A DNA stretch of 64,000 bases, taken from IMG/VR virus record IMGVR_UViG_3300005077_000002, positions 1 through 64,000 of that record. One strand, given 5' to 3'. Shown piece after piece: positions 45,217-53,440 of this stretch. Position numbers and translations under genes: made by a program. The notes under the pieces were generated by a model that did no database searches, was not told the origin of the DNA, and saw only the letters and a program-made list of their open reading frames with translations. Source of the DNA: a virus. Taxonomy: Duplodnaviria; Heunggongvirae; Uroviricota; Caudoviricetes. Numbering within the stretch: position 1 is the stretch's first letter; the number at the start of each line of letters is the position of its first letter.

Positions 45217-46257
45217 TTGGGAGTAAAATCCCAGCCATTTTTAATTAAATCACGAAGGGCATTGATGATAATTCCAAGCGTAGATCCCGCAACTACTTAT
45301 AAATATGAATTGATTTCGGAAGAGTTCAAACAAAATGATAGTATACTTACTGACATCAAAAATGTAAGACAGAATATTTATGATATACAATCACGTATTA
45401 TGTTATCATACAGTGGTGCGAATAATAAATTTCAATATAATAATGAATACAAACTTATTAAGGAACTTAATACTATTCAAAAAACTATTAATAATGCGTT
45501 TCGTAATTTAGTTAGTAAGACACATATCATGGATGATTTCGATTTTATAGACAACGCTAATATATTAGGTATTTCAAATTCTTCATTATTCTTGCGGAGA
45601 CCATCTAAAACTACTTATATGTTCAAGAAATCGCTTGGATATTATCTAAGAGCATTTTATACTATTTTTTATACTAAACGTAAACAGTTCTCAGACTGGG
45701 CTTATACTATAAAAGATAAAAAGCAGGCATTGTATACTATGCATAATACTTTATCGGACATTTTAATGCCTATATTCGATATAATTCCTAATTACCTTTA
45801 CATTACACCATATTTGCATGGGGTTAATGCGTTTAATTATTCTACAACTACTGATTTTGTTGATTACGATGGTGTATTAGTTATCAATTGTACTATTGAA
45901 AATAAAACATATAATGCAGCACCAAGGTCTTTAAATAGTAGATACATAACTATTACATCCTGGGGAAACATTTATGTAGAATTTACTAATATGACTGTTA
46001 AATTCATGGATCATTTTAATAAGTTTATATCTACTGATGTTCATAGATATGTTAACATTGCACCCTATTTTTTAACTATCCTACATGAACTACAGAATTT
46101 GCATGAAAAGATTGTTTTAGAAAAACAAACCAAAATAGAACTATTAAGCAATAGGCTAGACGTGTTATATCGTAGTAAAAAGCATTTAGATTTCAAAGAT
46201 GCCATGGAATTGGTAAGAAATAAACTTTTACCACTTTCCATTGCTCAAGGTCTTTAG
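45217..46257 (+). CDS. Hypothetical protein, paralog of the ORF at 32529-33518
   Basis: The start may be the TTG at 45217 or the ATG at 45264 (AAGGG RBS). Confidence 0.55.
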   Translation: MGVKSQPFLIKSRRALMIIPSVDPATTYKYELISEEFKQNDSILTDIKNVRQNIYDIQSRIMLSYSGANNKFQYNNEYKLIKELNTIQKTINNAFRNLVSKTHIMDDFDFIDNANILGISNSSLFLRRPSKTTYMFKKSLGYYLRAFYTIFYTKRKQFSDWAYTIKDKKQALYTMHNTLSDILMPIFDIIPNYLYITPYLHGVNAFNYSTTTDFVDYDGVLVINCTIENKTYNAAPRSLNSRYITITSWGNIYVEFTNMTVKFMDHFNKFISTDVHRYVNIAPYFLTILHELQNLHEKIVLEKQTKIELLSNRLDVLYRSKKHLDFKDAMELVRNKLLPLSIAQGL

Positions 46258-46435
46258 CCGTCGCAGCAATAATATCAATTTTACTTGCTATGATTCATCC
46301 ATTGCTATTTATGGTATTTGTTACTATAGCAGTATCTCTTTTATTTGGAATAAAATGGTAAATCAAGATATTGAGAAATTGCTAATTGGATAATTGGAAA
46401 AACATACAGGTGTTATTACTGGTTAGGAGTCAATA

Positions 46436-46834
46436 ATGAATTTAAAAATAGTAGATCCGAATAATGTACAATTAATGGGACCATATGAATGTCCACATTG
46501 TGGTTATCATATGTGTATCGATTTTACTTTCGATGATCAAATATCCGATACAATTTCGTGTCCAGGGTGCGGTGGGTTCGTTGAAGTGCCCCAGAATGAA
46601 GAACCACAGTTTATAGTAAAATTTGAACCAGCTAAAGCAACCACAACATCAAAGCCTAAAGTAGTTATCTGTGTTGATGGTGGTTCTGTGACATCAGTCA
46701 GATCAACTATCCCTGATATTGAAGTCGTATTGTTCGATCGGGACAACGAAATAGAATTTAAAACTTCAACAGAACTGGATCTGTTGTGGGAATTAGAATA
46801 CGAACGTGAATACCCACATGAAATAGAGTTTTAA
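46436..46834 (+). CDS. Zinc-ribbon protein (CPHCGY...CPGCGG)
   Basis: AGGAG RBS; 132 aa. Confidence 0.55.
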   Translation: MNLKIVDPNNVQLMGPYECPHCGYHMCIDFTFDDQISDTISCPGCGGFVEVPQNEEPQFIVKFEPAKATTTSKPKVVICVDGGSVTSVRSTIPDIEVVLFDRDNEIEFKTSTELDLLWELEYEREYPHEIEF

Positions 46835-46846
46835 GAAAGATATTAC

Positions 46847-47176
46847 ATGGCAAAACAAGATATTAAAAAACGCAATGTAGAATGTAATAATTGCGACTGG
46901 ATAGGAATAATAGATGAATGCGAACACATATTTCCAGATATACCTAATATTTTGTCCCGTATTGCGCCTGGTGAAGAAGTTCCAGCATGTGAATGCCCAT
47001 ATTGCAATGCGTTGGCACATTACAGAAAATCCGCATCTCAAGTAGAATGTCCAAATTGTAATGCTTTAGTAGACGTATCCGGTATGGCAGATTATGAACT
47101 TACTAATTGCCATAATTGTGGTCATGCACTCGAATATGATGGATCAATATTAATAGATGGGGATATAGATGAATAA
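46847..47176 (+). CDS. Protein with multiple zinc ribbons (four CxxC pairs)
   Basis: CNNC, CECPYC, CPNC, CHNC. Confidence 0.55.
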   Translation: MAKQDIKKRNVECNNCDWIGIIDECEHIFPDIPNILSRIAPGEEVPACECPYCNALAHYRKSASQVECPNCNALVDVSGMADYELTNCHNCGHALEYDGSILIDGDIDE

Positions 47177-47783
47177 AGAATTACAGGTTTTTGCACGAAA
47201 GAGATTGAAAACTGAATTAGCGAGATTGCCGAAATCAGATCAGGATTTCTTTATATATGCGTATGACAAGAGGAATAATTATTTATCTATTAATGATGTT
47301 GTAGACTCCTTGCCTGAGCATTATCTTGATTCAGCCATGGCTGGAGTGCAACAACTTTTGGCAAATAGATTTATTTTGGATAACACACAGCAAACCGATT
47401 CTGATAGTGTTGATGAATATCAATTACATGCTTGTCCGTTTTGTGGTTCAAATGATGCGCATCTCCAATTAATACTACGTGATATAGAGTATTGGGTTGT
47501 AATATGTAATACCTGCCAGGCACGTGGTGGATACAACACAGCAAAAGATGAAGCCGCTAGAATGTGGAATTCACGTAAAAGATTAATACCTGAAAATAAA
47601 GTTTACTCATTCAAATCAGAATTGAAAGACCTACTTAAACAGTACAATGCTGACATCTATATCGAACTGGACGGTGACACTCATGGTCTATATTCAGCTA
47701 TTATAATTGATCTAGACGGCAAAGAGATTATGAGATCTGGAAACGGAACGTTGGATTATAGTGAAATTAGATTAGATAAGTAA
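47169..47783 (+). CDS. Protein containing a Lar-family restriction-alleviation-like zinc-ribbon domain
   Basis: CPFCGSNDAHL...CNTCQARGG...DEAARMWNSR follows the Lar-family pattern CPFCGG...C..CGA.G...EA...WN.R. Confidence 0.5.
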   Translation: MNKELQVFARKRLKTELARLPKSDQDFFIYAYDKRNNYLSINDVVDSLPEHYLDSAMAGVQQLLANRFILDNTQQTDSDSVDEYQLHACPFCGSNDAHLQLILRDIEYWVVICNTCQARGGYNTAKDEAARMWNSRKRLIPENKVYSFKSELKDLLKQYNADIYIELDGDTHGLYSAIIIDLDGKEIMRSGNGTLDYSEIRLDK

Positions 47784-48049
47784 TGGGATTCTGGTGTGGC
47801 GGAAAAGCCCTTGCGTATATTGGATATACTTGCGGATCAGTGGCTTGATGAAGAAGCTAAGTATTTAAAAAGTAAAGAACAACAGGGGAGTACAAATGGG
47901 TAAACTCATTCAAATATTAATAGAATCCGGGTCCTTGACAGGCGCTGAAGCTGAGAAATTGGAAGATTCTATTGCTAATGTTTGCGCCGAGTATGGTCTT
48001 GGCGGCAGTGTTGAATCATCATTAACTGGAAACAGCACAGCGTTTCCGA

Positions 48050-48313
48050 TTGAGACAGACCATGAGTAGCAATAAAGTTTCACTATTATATAGTGATCTT
48101 ATTGAATTACTTAAGAACCGCATTAGTCTTTGTGAAGATACAGACGAAACGATGCGTCACACGGAGAGTATTCTCAGTGTTTCCTATGCCAAGTATGATG
48201 CAATCACTGATCGTGTTATTATTGAGCTTGGTCCAGAAAATGTTAAAAGTAATACGGAAGACTTTTTCACACAGGAAGAGATCCAGCAATTCTCTATTGC
48301 TGAATGTGAGTAG
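48050..48313 (+). CDS. Hypothetical protein
   Basis: 87-aa ORF. Confidence 0.45.
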   Translation: MRQTMSSNKVSLLYSDLIELLKNRISLCEDTDETMRHTESILSVSYAKYDAITDRVIIELGPENVKSNTEDFFTQEEIQQFSIAECE

Positions 48314-48319
48314 AGTAAT

Positions 48320-48862
48320 ATGAACACTGGTCTGGTTAAATGTTGCGGTGTTGTACCGCTCATAAAAACATCATATATAGAATGTCCAAACTGCCATGCA
48401 AAGGCTAGTACTTTACCAAGTAGCATTGAATATCTGTCTTTGACGTGGAATACAAATTTCCAAAAGATTGACTTTTTAAAATCACGCCAGGAAATGTTCA
48501 CAATAATGCCGATCGACGCACCTGATGGATATCATTGGGCAGAGTTGGATATAACCTATTTATATCTCGGTGGACAAGCAGGTAAGAGATTACCTTTTAT
48601 ACTCTTCAAACATGAAATTCCACTTAAAGATATGTGGTTTGGTCGACAAAATGTTTTCAATTCACTTTCATTGATGCGTATAAATCATGAAACTCCATTC
48701 GAACTAAGTTTAGGTAGAAAGCAAGGACTTGCAGCATATATATCATCCACGACCTGTTCAGATAATACCGGACATTTCACATTAAGATTACAAATATTTA
48801 AAGAAAAAGCTCTTAAAGAATTCCAAGAAGTAACTGGGATTAATATTGAGGTTAAAGATTAA
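48320..48862 (+). CDS. Hypothetical protein with an N-terminal zinc ribbon (CCG...CPNCH)
   Basis: 180-aa ORF. Confidence 0.5.
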   Translation: MNTGLVKCCGVVPLIKTSYIECPNCHAKASTLPSSIEYLSLTWNTNFQKIDFLKSRQEMFTIMPIDAPDGYHWAELDITYLYLGGQAGKRLPFILFKHEIPLKDMWFGRQNVFNSLSLMRINHETPFELSLGRKQGLAAYISSTTCSDNTGHFTLRLQIFKEKALKEFQEVTGINIEVKD

Positions 48863-49245
48863 TGTCTAAGCTAAAAGAGATAGTCGAACAGATTTATGCC
48901 GCGGATGATAATGTATTCCTGTTAATGGAAGAAGTATTCAATGGTGATTCACCAAAGATTGATCTTAATTTGGACTATGTATCTGTGCCTAGAGAGCAAA
49001 GACAATATATTAAATATAAATACTGTAGTCGTCCAAAGTTTAACGGGCCAAGAGATACTAAGCATTACGTCATTCAATCTACCAGAATTAACATACGTGT
49101 ATTATATGCTTTTCTATTATCTGAACTTGTAAGATCCATACATATTAGCAACTTTGGTGATAATCCAAAAGGATACATATCCAAATCTGATATAATAAAA
49201 ATTCCTTTTAAGCAGGTTATACTTAATCATAAAGTAGCAAGTTAA
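48862..49245 (+). CDS. Hypothetical protein
   Basis: 127-aa ORF. Confidence 0.5.
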   Translation: MSKLKEIVEQIYAADDNVFLLMEEVFNGDSPKIDLNLDYVSVPREQRQYIKYKYCSRPKFNGPRDTKHYVIQSTRINIRVLYAFLLSELVRSIHISNFGDNPKGYISKSDIIKIPFKQVILNHKVAS

Positions 49246-49763
49246 TGCGTACAAAATCAATTGAATTTTATAACAATATGCTAGCAGATACACAAGAAGA
49301 AGTTGCTGCCTTAGTAATCAAAGATATATGGCATAATTTTGTGCGGGCAAGCAAAAGGTATAAGTACCTTGATTATGTCTATTATGGCATGGGATTATTT
49401 GGAATAGAAGGGAAAGTACGGGTTAAATTTGATGATCGTGATAGTGAAGGATATACTTGGGCTGATTCATTCCTGCTGCATGACATCATGACTGATGAAC
49501 GGTATAGTCTGTCGAAACCCATATCACAGAGTCTTAGAAATGTGTTTAATTTATCATTTTTTTTAGTTAATGGTCTTAATGGTTCAACACTTATCCGAAC
49601 TATTGATGCTGAAGGCGTCCACTTTGAAGTAGCATCAGGATTCAGCCCGTTCGGACCAATAGAAATTACCACATTGAAAAAGTCAAAACTGTATAAACTG
49701 CTAAAGAAGTCTATACCCGTGTTTATAGACATGGAGAAGAATTATGAAGCATCAAGTTCCTAA
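49245..49763 (+). CDS. Hypothetical protein
   Basis: 172-aa ORF. Confidence 0.5.
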   Translation: MRTKSIEFYNNMLADTQEEVAALVIKDIWHNFVRASKRYKYLDYVYYGMGLFGIEGKVRVKFDDRDSEGYTWADSFLLHDIMTDERYSLSKPISQSLRNVFNLSFFLVNGLNGSTLIRTIDAEGVHFEVASGFSPFGPIEITTLKKSKLYKLLKKSIPVFIDMEKNYEASSS

Positions 49764-50055
49764 AGGCTGGGAAGTTAAGAATGGTAAATCAGAAAGATTC
49801 CGGCCCAATAAACAATCGGCCGGCATTACTGAGTCATTATTTAGACATTTCACAGAACGTCGTGAAGTAATTAAGTTATCTTTATTTGGCACCCTGGACT
49901 CTTTTGCAAAAGTACTTACAATATCAATACACAGTAAGTGTCCATGTTGTGGAGCTATGACCGGGAAATTTGTATTAAGCCGGCATGGTAAATATCTACT
50001 AAAAAAGTACAGAGAAAAATACAATTCAAATGGTCAAAATAAAGAACTTTTATAA
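49744..50055 (+). CDS. Hypothetical protein (CPCCG motif)
   Basis: 103-aa ORF. Confidence 0.45.
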   Translation: MKHQVPKGWEVKNGKSERFRPNKQSAGITESLFRHFTERREVIKLSLFGTLDSFAKVLTISIHSKCPCCGAMTGKFVLSRHGKYLLKKYREKYNSNGQNKELL

Positions 50056-50749
50056 TATTGTAATTGAAGTCACACGTAGATGCAATATGAAGTGCGACCA
50101 CTGCTTGCGTGGTGCGGCGCAACCAAAAGACATCAACCCTGCCGTCATTGACAAGTTAACCAAACAGGCTGATTATATATCAATCATAACGCCAACCGGA
50201 GGCGAGCCTTCAATTAACGCAGCGGCAATAGACATCTTTTTAAAGAAGTGCAAAGAAAATAACTGCTCGTATGGTGGATTCTATATAGCCACCAACGGCA
50301 AGAAGTACAAGGACGACTTTATTGTGACGATTGCAAATTTCTACGCCAATGCGCAAGATCAAGATGTGTGTAGAGTTGAATTTTCACAGTCACAATGGCA
50401 TCGTGAAAATGGACAAAGCAAACATGAAATGGATAAACTTCGGGCTTTACGTTTTGTTGACGACCGGCATCCATTATCATATGAAAACCTAATCGACAGG
50501 GGTCGTGCCAAAAAGAACGGATTAAGCACAAGAAGACATCATCACAGGGATATCATCAAGCCGGATGAAATAAACCTGGATGATGATTTTTTTGAACCAC
50601 TTGTTTACATCACGGTTGACGGTGATGTCATATTGGGAGACTGCGATTTATCATATGTACAAATGAAAAGGAAATCCATCGGTAATATTCTTCAGGATGA
50701 TCTTTCATATATTATAGAAAGGTATGCGTTAAAACGTCATGCAGCTTAA
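50030..50749 (+). CDS. Radical SAM enzyme (small, activase/QueE-like size; function unknown)
   Basis: EVTRRCNMKCDHCLRG (CxxxCxxC) and ITPTGGEPS (GGEP). Confidence 0.7.
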   Translation: MVKIKNFYNIVIEVTRRCNMKCDHCLRGAAQPKDINPAVIDKLTKQADYISIITPTGGEPSINAAAIDIFLKKCKENNCSYGGFYIATNGKKYKDDFIVTIANFYANAQDQDVCRVEFSQSQWHRENGQSKHEMDKLRALRFVDDRHPLSYENLIDRGRAKKNGLSTRRHHHRDIIKPDEINLDDDFFEPLVYITVDGDVILGDCDLSYVQMKRKSIGNILQDDLSYIIERYALKRHAA

Positions 50750-51053
50750 AGCATTAGAGATATCAACCGCACACATAACAGAAAATGATAATAGAATCTT
50801 ATCAGACAGAAGCTATTTAGCTAAAGATTATGAAATTGATTTTCCGCTAAGTGTTTCCAGTCATACGTATGGTTATTACATAGCTGTGCCTGACAGTATT
50901 GATTCGGATAGAAACAAAACTATCATGGAAACTTATGGGCTAAGTCAGGCTTTTGTAGATCTTATTGATGCTGTTATTAAATCACGCTACTCATTACTGA
51001 GCCTGGACAGAGACGGTGAAGTTTTACCTAAAATGCAAAAGTTCGATTGGTAA
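50739..51053 (+). CDS. Hypothetical protein
   Basis: 104-aa ORF. Confidence 0.45.
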   Translation: MQLKALEISTAHITENDNRILSDRSYLAKDYEIDFPLSVSSHTYGYYIAVPDSIDSDRNKTIMETYGLSQAFVDLIDAVIKSRYSLLSLDRDGEVLPKMQKFDW

Positions 51054-51179
51054 TTGAAACGATATGATATATTATGTGCCATGGTAAAGAAGACAAAGGA
51101 CGGATGTGTACAGACAAACCTGGTTAATACCTAATGGAGACACTACCATGTCACATAATTTTACTTATAAAGGAAAAAT

Positions 51180-51974
51180 ATGATAGATCATAGACTACTA
51201 AGAGGAACTTATGTTTCATTGTTGAGAACTGACATAGCTGGTCTTGACCAGAATGCAGAACAATTCGGGACAATAATTGAAAGGGATGGCAGTTATTTAT
51301 TAGTTCACCCTGAAGATATACTGTTTCCGATTGAACTTTATCCCAACGAGGTTAAGGTAATCAGAGAGGCGTGGACAGTAACTAATTCAGTTAGACGTGA
51401 ACACAGACGGAAATTAGAATCTAAAATGAATTTGCCGGATATGCCAACTAACGAGCAGGGTCGAAATTACAGATTCATTGTTACTGATAAGGATGGCAAT
51501 AATAAATTGTTCGCCCGAGGTTATGTAAGGGTTGTTTATGGAAATAATGGTCCTTTAATAGAATTTGATTCGACTCATATCAAAGTTAATTTACAGCATC
51601 CTTCCTGGCGTAAGCAGTTTTTATTGGGTCAAAAGTCTACAAGAAATTCAATTCGGATGGTGGTGCCAGATGTACCTCATTTGAAAATTGATTTTCAGCT
51701 TAAGACTTCGTCGAATTCAATAGATTTAAGACGTGGTATGTACTATGTTAATCCATATGATTTGCAATTAATAGACAAACCGTTATTACTCAGATTTGGA
51801 ACATACAGGACAAAGGATGGTATGAGCCATTTCGGTTTATTTATGTCGGATACCAAAGAAAACTATGCCGACACAGTTGATGCTGTTAATATAATTAATC
51901 CATCCAACAAAGATTTGTGTGAGCACATCGCGAAAGTGTATAATATGGCCGTAGAAAAAGGAATCTATGGCTAA
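51180..51974 (+). CDS. Hypothetical protein
   Basis: AAAGGA RBS; 264 aa. Confidence 0.55.
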   Translation: MIDHRLLRGTYVSLLRTDIAGLDQNAEQFGTIIERDGSYLLVHPEDILFPIELYPNEVKVIREAWTVTNSVRREHRRKLESKMNLPDMPTNEQGRNYRFIVTDKDGNNKLFARGYVRVVYGNNGPLIEFDSTHIKVNLQHPSWRKQFLLGQKSTRNSIRMVVPDVPHLKIDFQLKTSSNSIDLRRGMYYVNPYDLQLIDKPLLLRFGTYRTKDGMSHFGLFMSDTKENYADTVDAVNIINPSNKDLCEHIAKVYNMAVEKGIYG

Positions 51975-52075
51975 TGGATGCTTTATTTGATTTTATTGTT
52001 TTAATCGCAGCCATCGTTGTTGCAACTTTTATCAGGGCAATATTCCCGGCCTTATTTCGAAGGAAGTGGAAATAG
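51974..52075 (+). CDS. Small hydrophobic peptide (33 aa; not in the ORF track)
   Basis: MDALFDFIVLIAAIVVATFIRAIFPALFRRKWK; TAATG overlap with the upstream stop; followed by a terminator. Confidence 0.35.
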   Translation: MDALFDFIVLIAAIVVATFIRAIFPALFRRKWK

Positions 52076-52114
52076 TTGCTCTTTGGCGAATTCATTTCGT
52101 CATGCTTTCTATAA

Positions 52115-52150
52115 AGGGACAAGCTTAGGCTGAGTCCCTTTTTTGTTTTC
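52115..52150 (+). terminator. Rho-independent terminator
   Basis: GGGAC-N13-GTCCC followed by TTTTTTGTTTTC. Confidence 0.55.
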
Positions 52151-52159
52151 GGAGGTAGA

Positions 52160-52816
52160 GTGAATAAGGATTTTACTCAAAGAATAGATGGCAAATCTAA
52201 ACAAAAGTTTATCGCAGGTACTATGTTTTCCAATTTTGCTAAATCAATTGCTGCAAATGCTAAAGTTCACCGCGGACTGGAATTAACTGCTGATAATGTG
52301 GAAACCTGTCTTTTGGAAGCAGGCTTAATATTTGGTGGCCGGGCTTTTGACAAATATCATATCTATGAGCATGATGAGTCAGTTGTAAAAAGAATTCATG
52401 CTATAAAAAACAGTATGGATCCAAAAGTGAAAAATACATTGGCCAAGAAAATATACATCAATCTGGGAAATAACGATATTCTTGCACATGGTATGAAAAG
52501 TGCGAATACCAAGGATGTTACATACTTTGGTCTTGATTTCTGCAGTTATCTAAGTTTTCCGCATTTAGCAGATGTATATAATCTGATATGTAAAAATGCC
52601 GCTCAGCAAAGTATTGTTATGCTGACTTCCTCGGTCAGACCATTTGGGGAAGAAACAGTTATTGCACATATGGATATGCTTAAAGAGGAACTTAAACGTT
52701 CCGGATTTGAAATAACCCAATATTATGGCCCGAAAAGTTACTTTGTTACTTCAGCCATGTACTTTTTGGCGTTGGCTCTCACCAGGGTACCAAAAAATAA
52801 GAATGAACAAGTGTAG
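52160..52816 (+). CDS. Hypothetical protein (weak resemblance to a SAM-methyltransferase motif I)
   Basis: GTG start after a GGAGG RBS; YFGLDFCSY resembles hLDlGCG (weak). Confidence 0.5.
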   Translation: MNKDFTQRIDGKSKQKFIAGTMFSNFAKSIAANAKVHRGLELTADNVETCLLEAGLIFGGRAFDKYHIYEHDESVVKRIHAIKNSMDPKVKNTLAKKIYINLGNNDILAHGMKSANTKDVTYFGLDFCSYLSFPHLADVYNLICKNAAQQSIVMLTSSVRPFGEETVIAHMDMLKEELKRSGFEITQYYGPKSYFVTSAMYFLALALTRVPKNKNEQV

Positions 52817-52903
52817 CATATACGCTACAATTTCATCATACATCCTACATTCTATTTCTTTTTATAGTGCTATATTACAGTAATAGTGCTAGGAGATTAT
52901 TCT

Positions 52904-53086
52904 ATGAAACTTATTGATATTAAATGTAATAGTTGCGGTACTGTATCAGAGATTAATGAAGTCGCGGGCGTGGACAATTCATGTCCAGCCTGCGGCAGTA
53001 CTGATGTAGAACGCAAATATTCAGGAGTTGCTTTTATTCTAAAAGGCCCGGGATTTTACAAAAACGATTATGTGAGGAAATCATAA
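52904..53086 (+). CDS. FmdB-family zinc-ribbon protein
   Basis: CNSCG...CPACGS...FILKGPGFYKNDY resembles FmdB C..CG...CP.CG...F.LKGSGWYETDF; AGGAG RBS before the ATG at 52904. Confidence 0.55.
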   Translation: MKLIDIKCNSCGTVSEINEVAGVDNSCPACGSTDVERKYSGVAFILKGPGFYKNDYVRKS

Positions 53087-53430
53087 TGGCATTTATTGAT
53101 CTTCGAACAATTTACACAGGCAATCTGGATTCCACCAGGAAACATCATAAAGAGATGAATGCCATATCGGCATCTGTAACAGCTGCAATTCATGATGCTT
53201 TAATAAGCATAGAAAGTGAAGCAGATCAATCTATTGTGCGATCAAAATTGATTGAACTTTCAGATATGGAAGCTCAGCTGGCAGATATCCATGTTCGTAT
53301 GCACGGATCTGATGTAGATTCTACTGTTCAAGTTAAATTGAATTCCATACTTGATTCTTTGAGGAAATCAATTACCAGGGTAGAACGGGTACTGGCTTCA
53401 TATATGAACCAGGCCAATAACGATAGATAG
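53086..53430 (+). CDS. Hypothetical protein
   Basis: 114-aa ORF. Confidence 0.5.
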   Translation: MAFIDLRTIYTGNLDSTRKHHKEMNAISASVTAAIHDALISIESEADQSIVRSKLIELSDMEAQLADIHVRMHGSDVDSTVQVKLNSILDSLRKSITRVERVLASYMNQANNDR

Positions 53431-53440
53431 ATAGGAAAAT

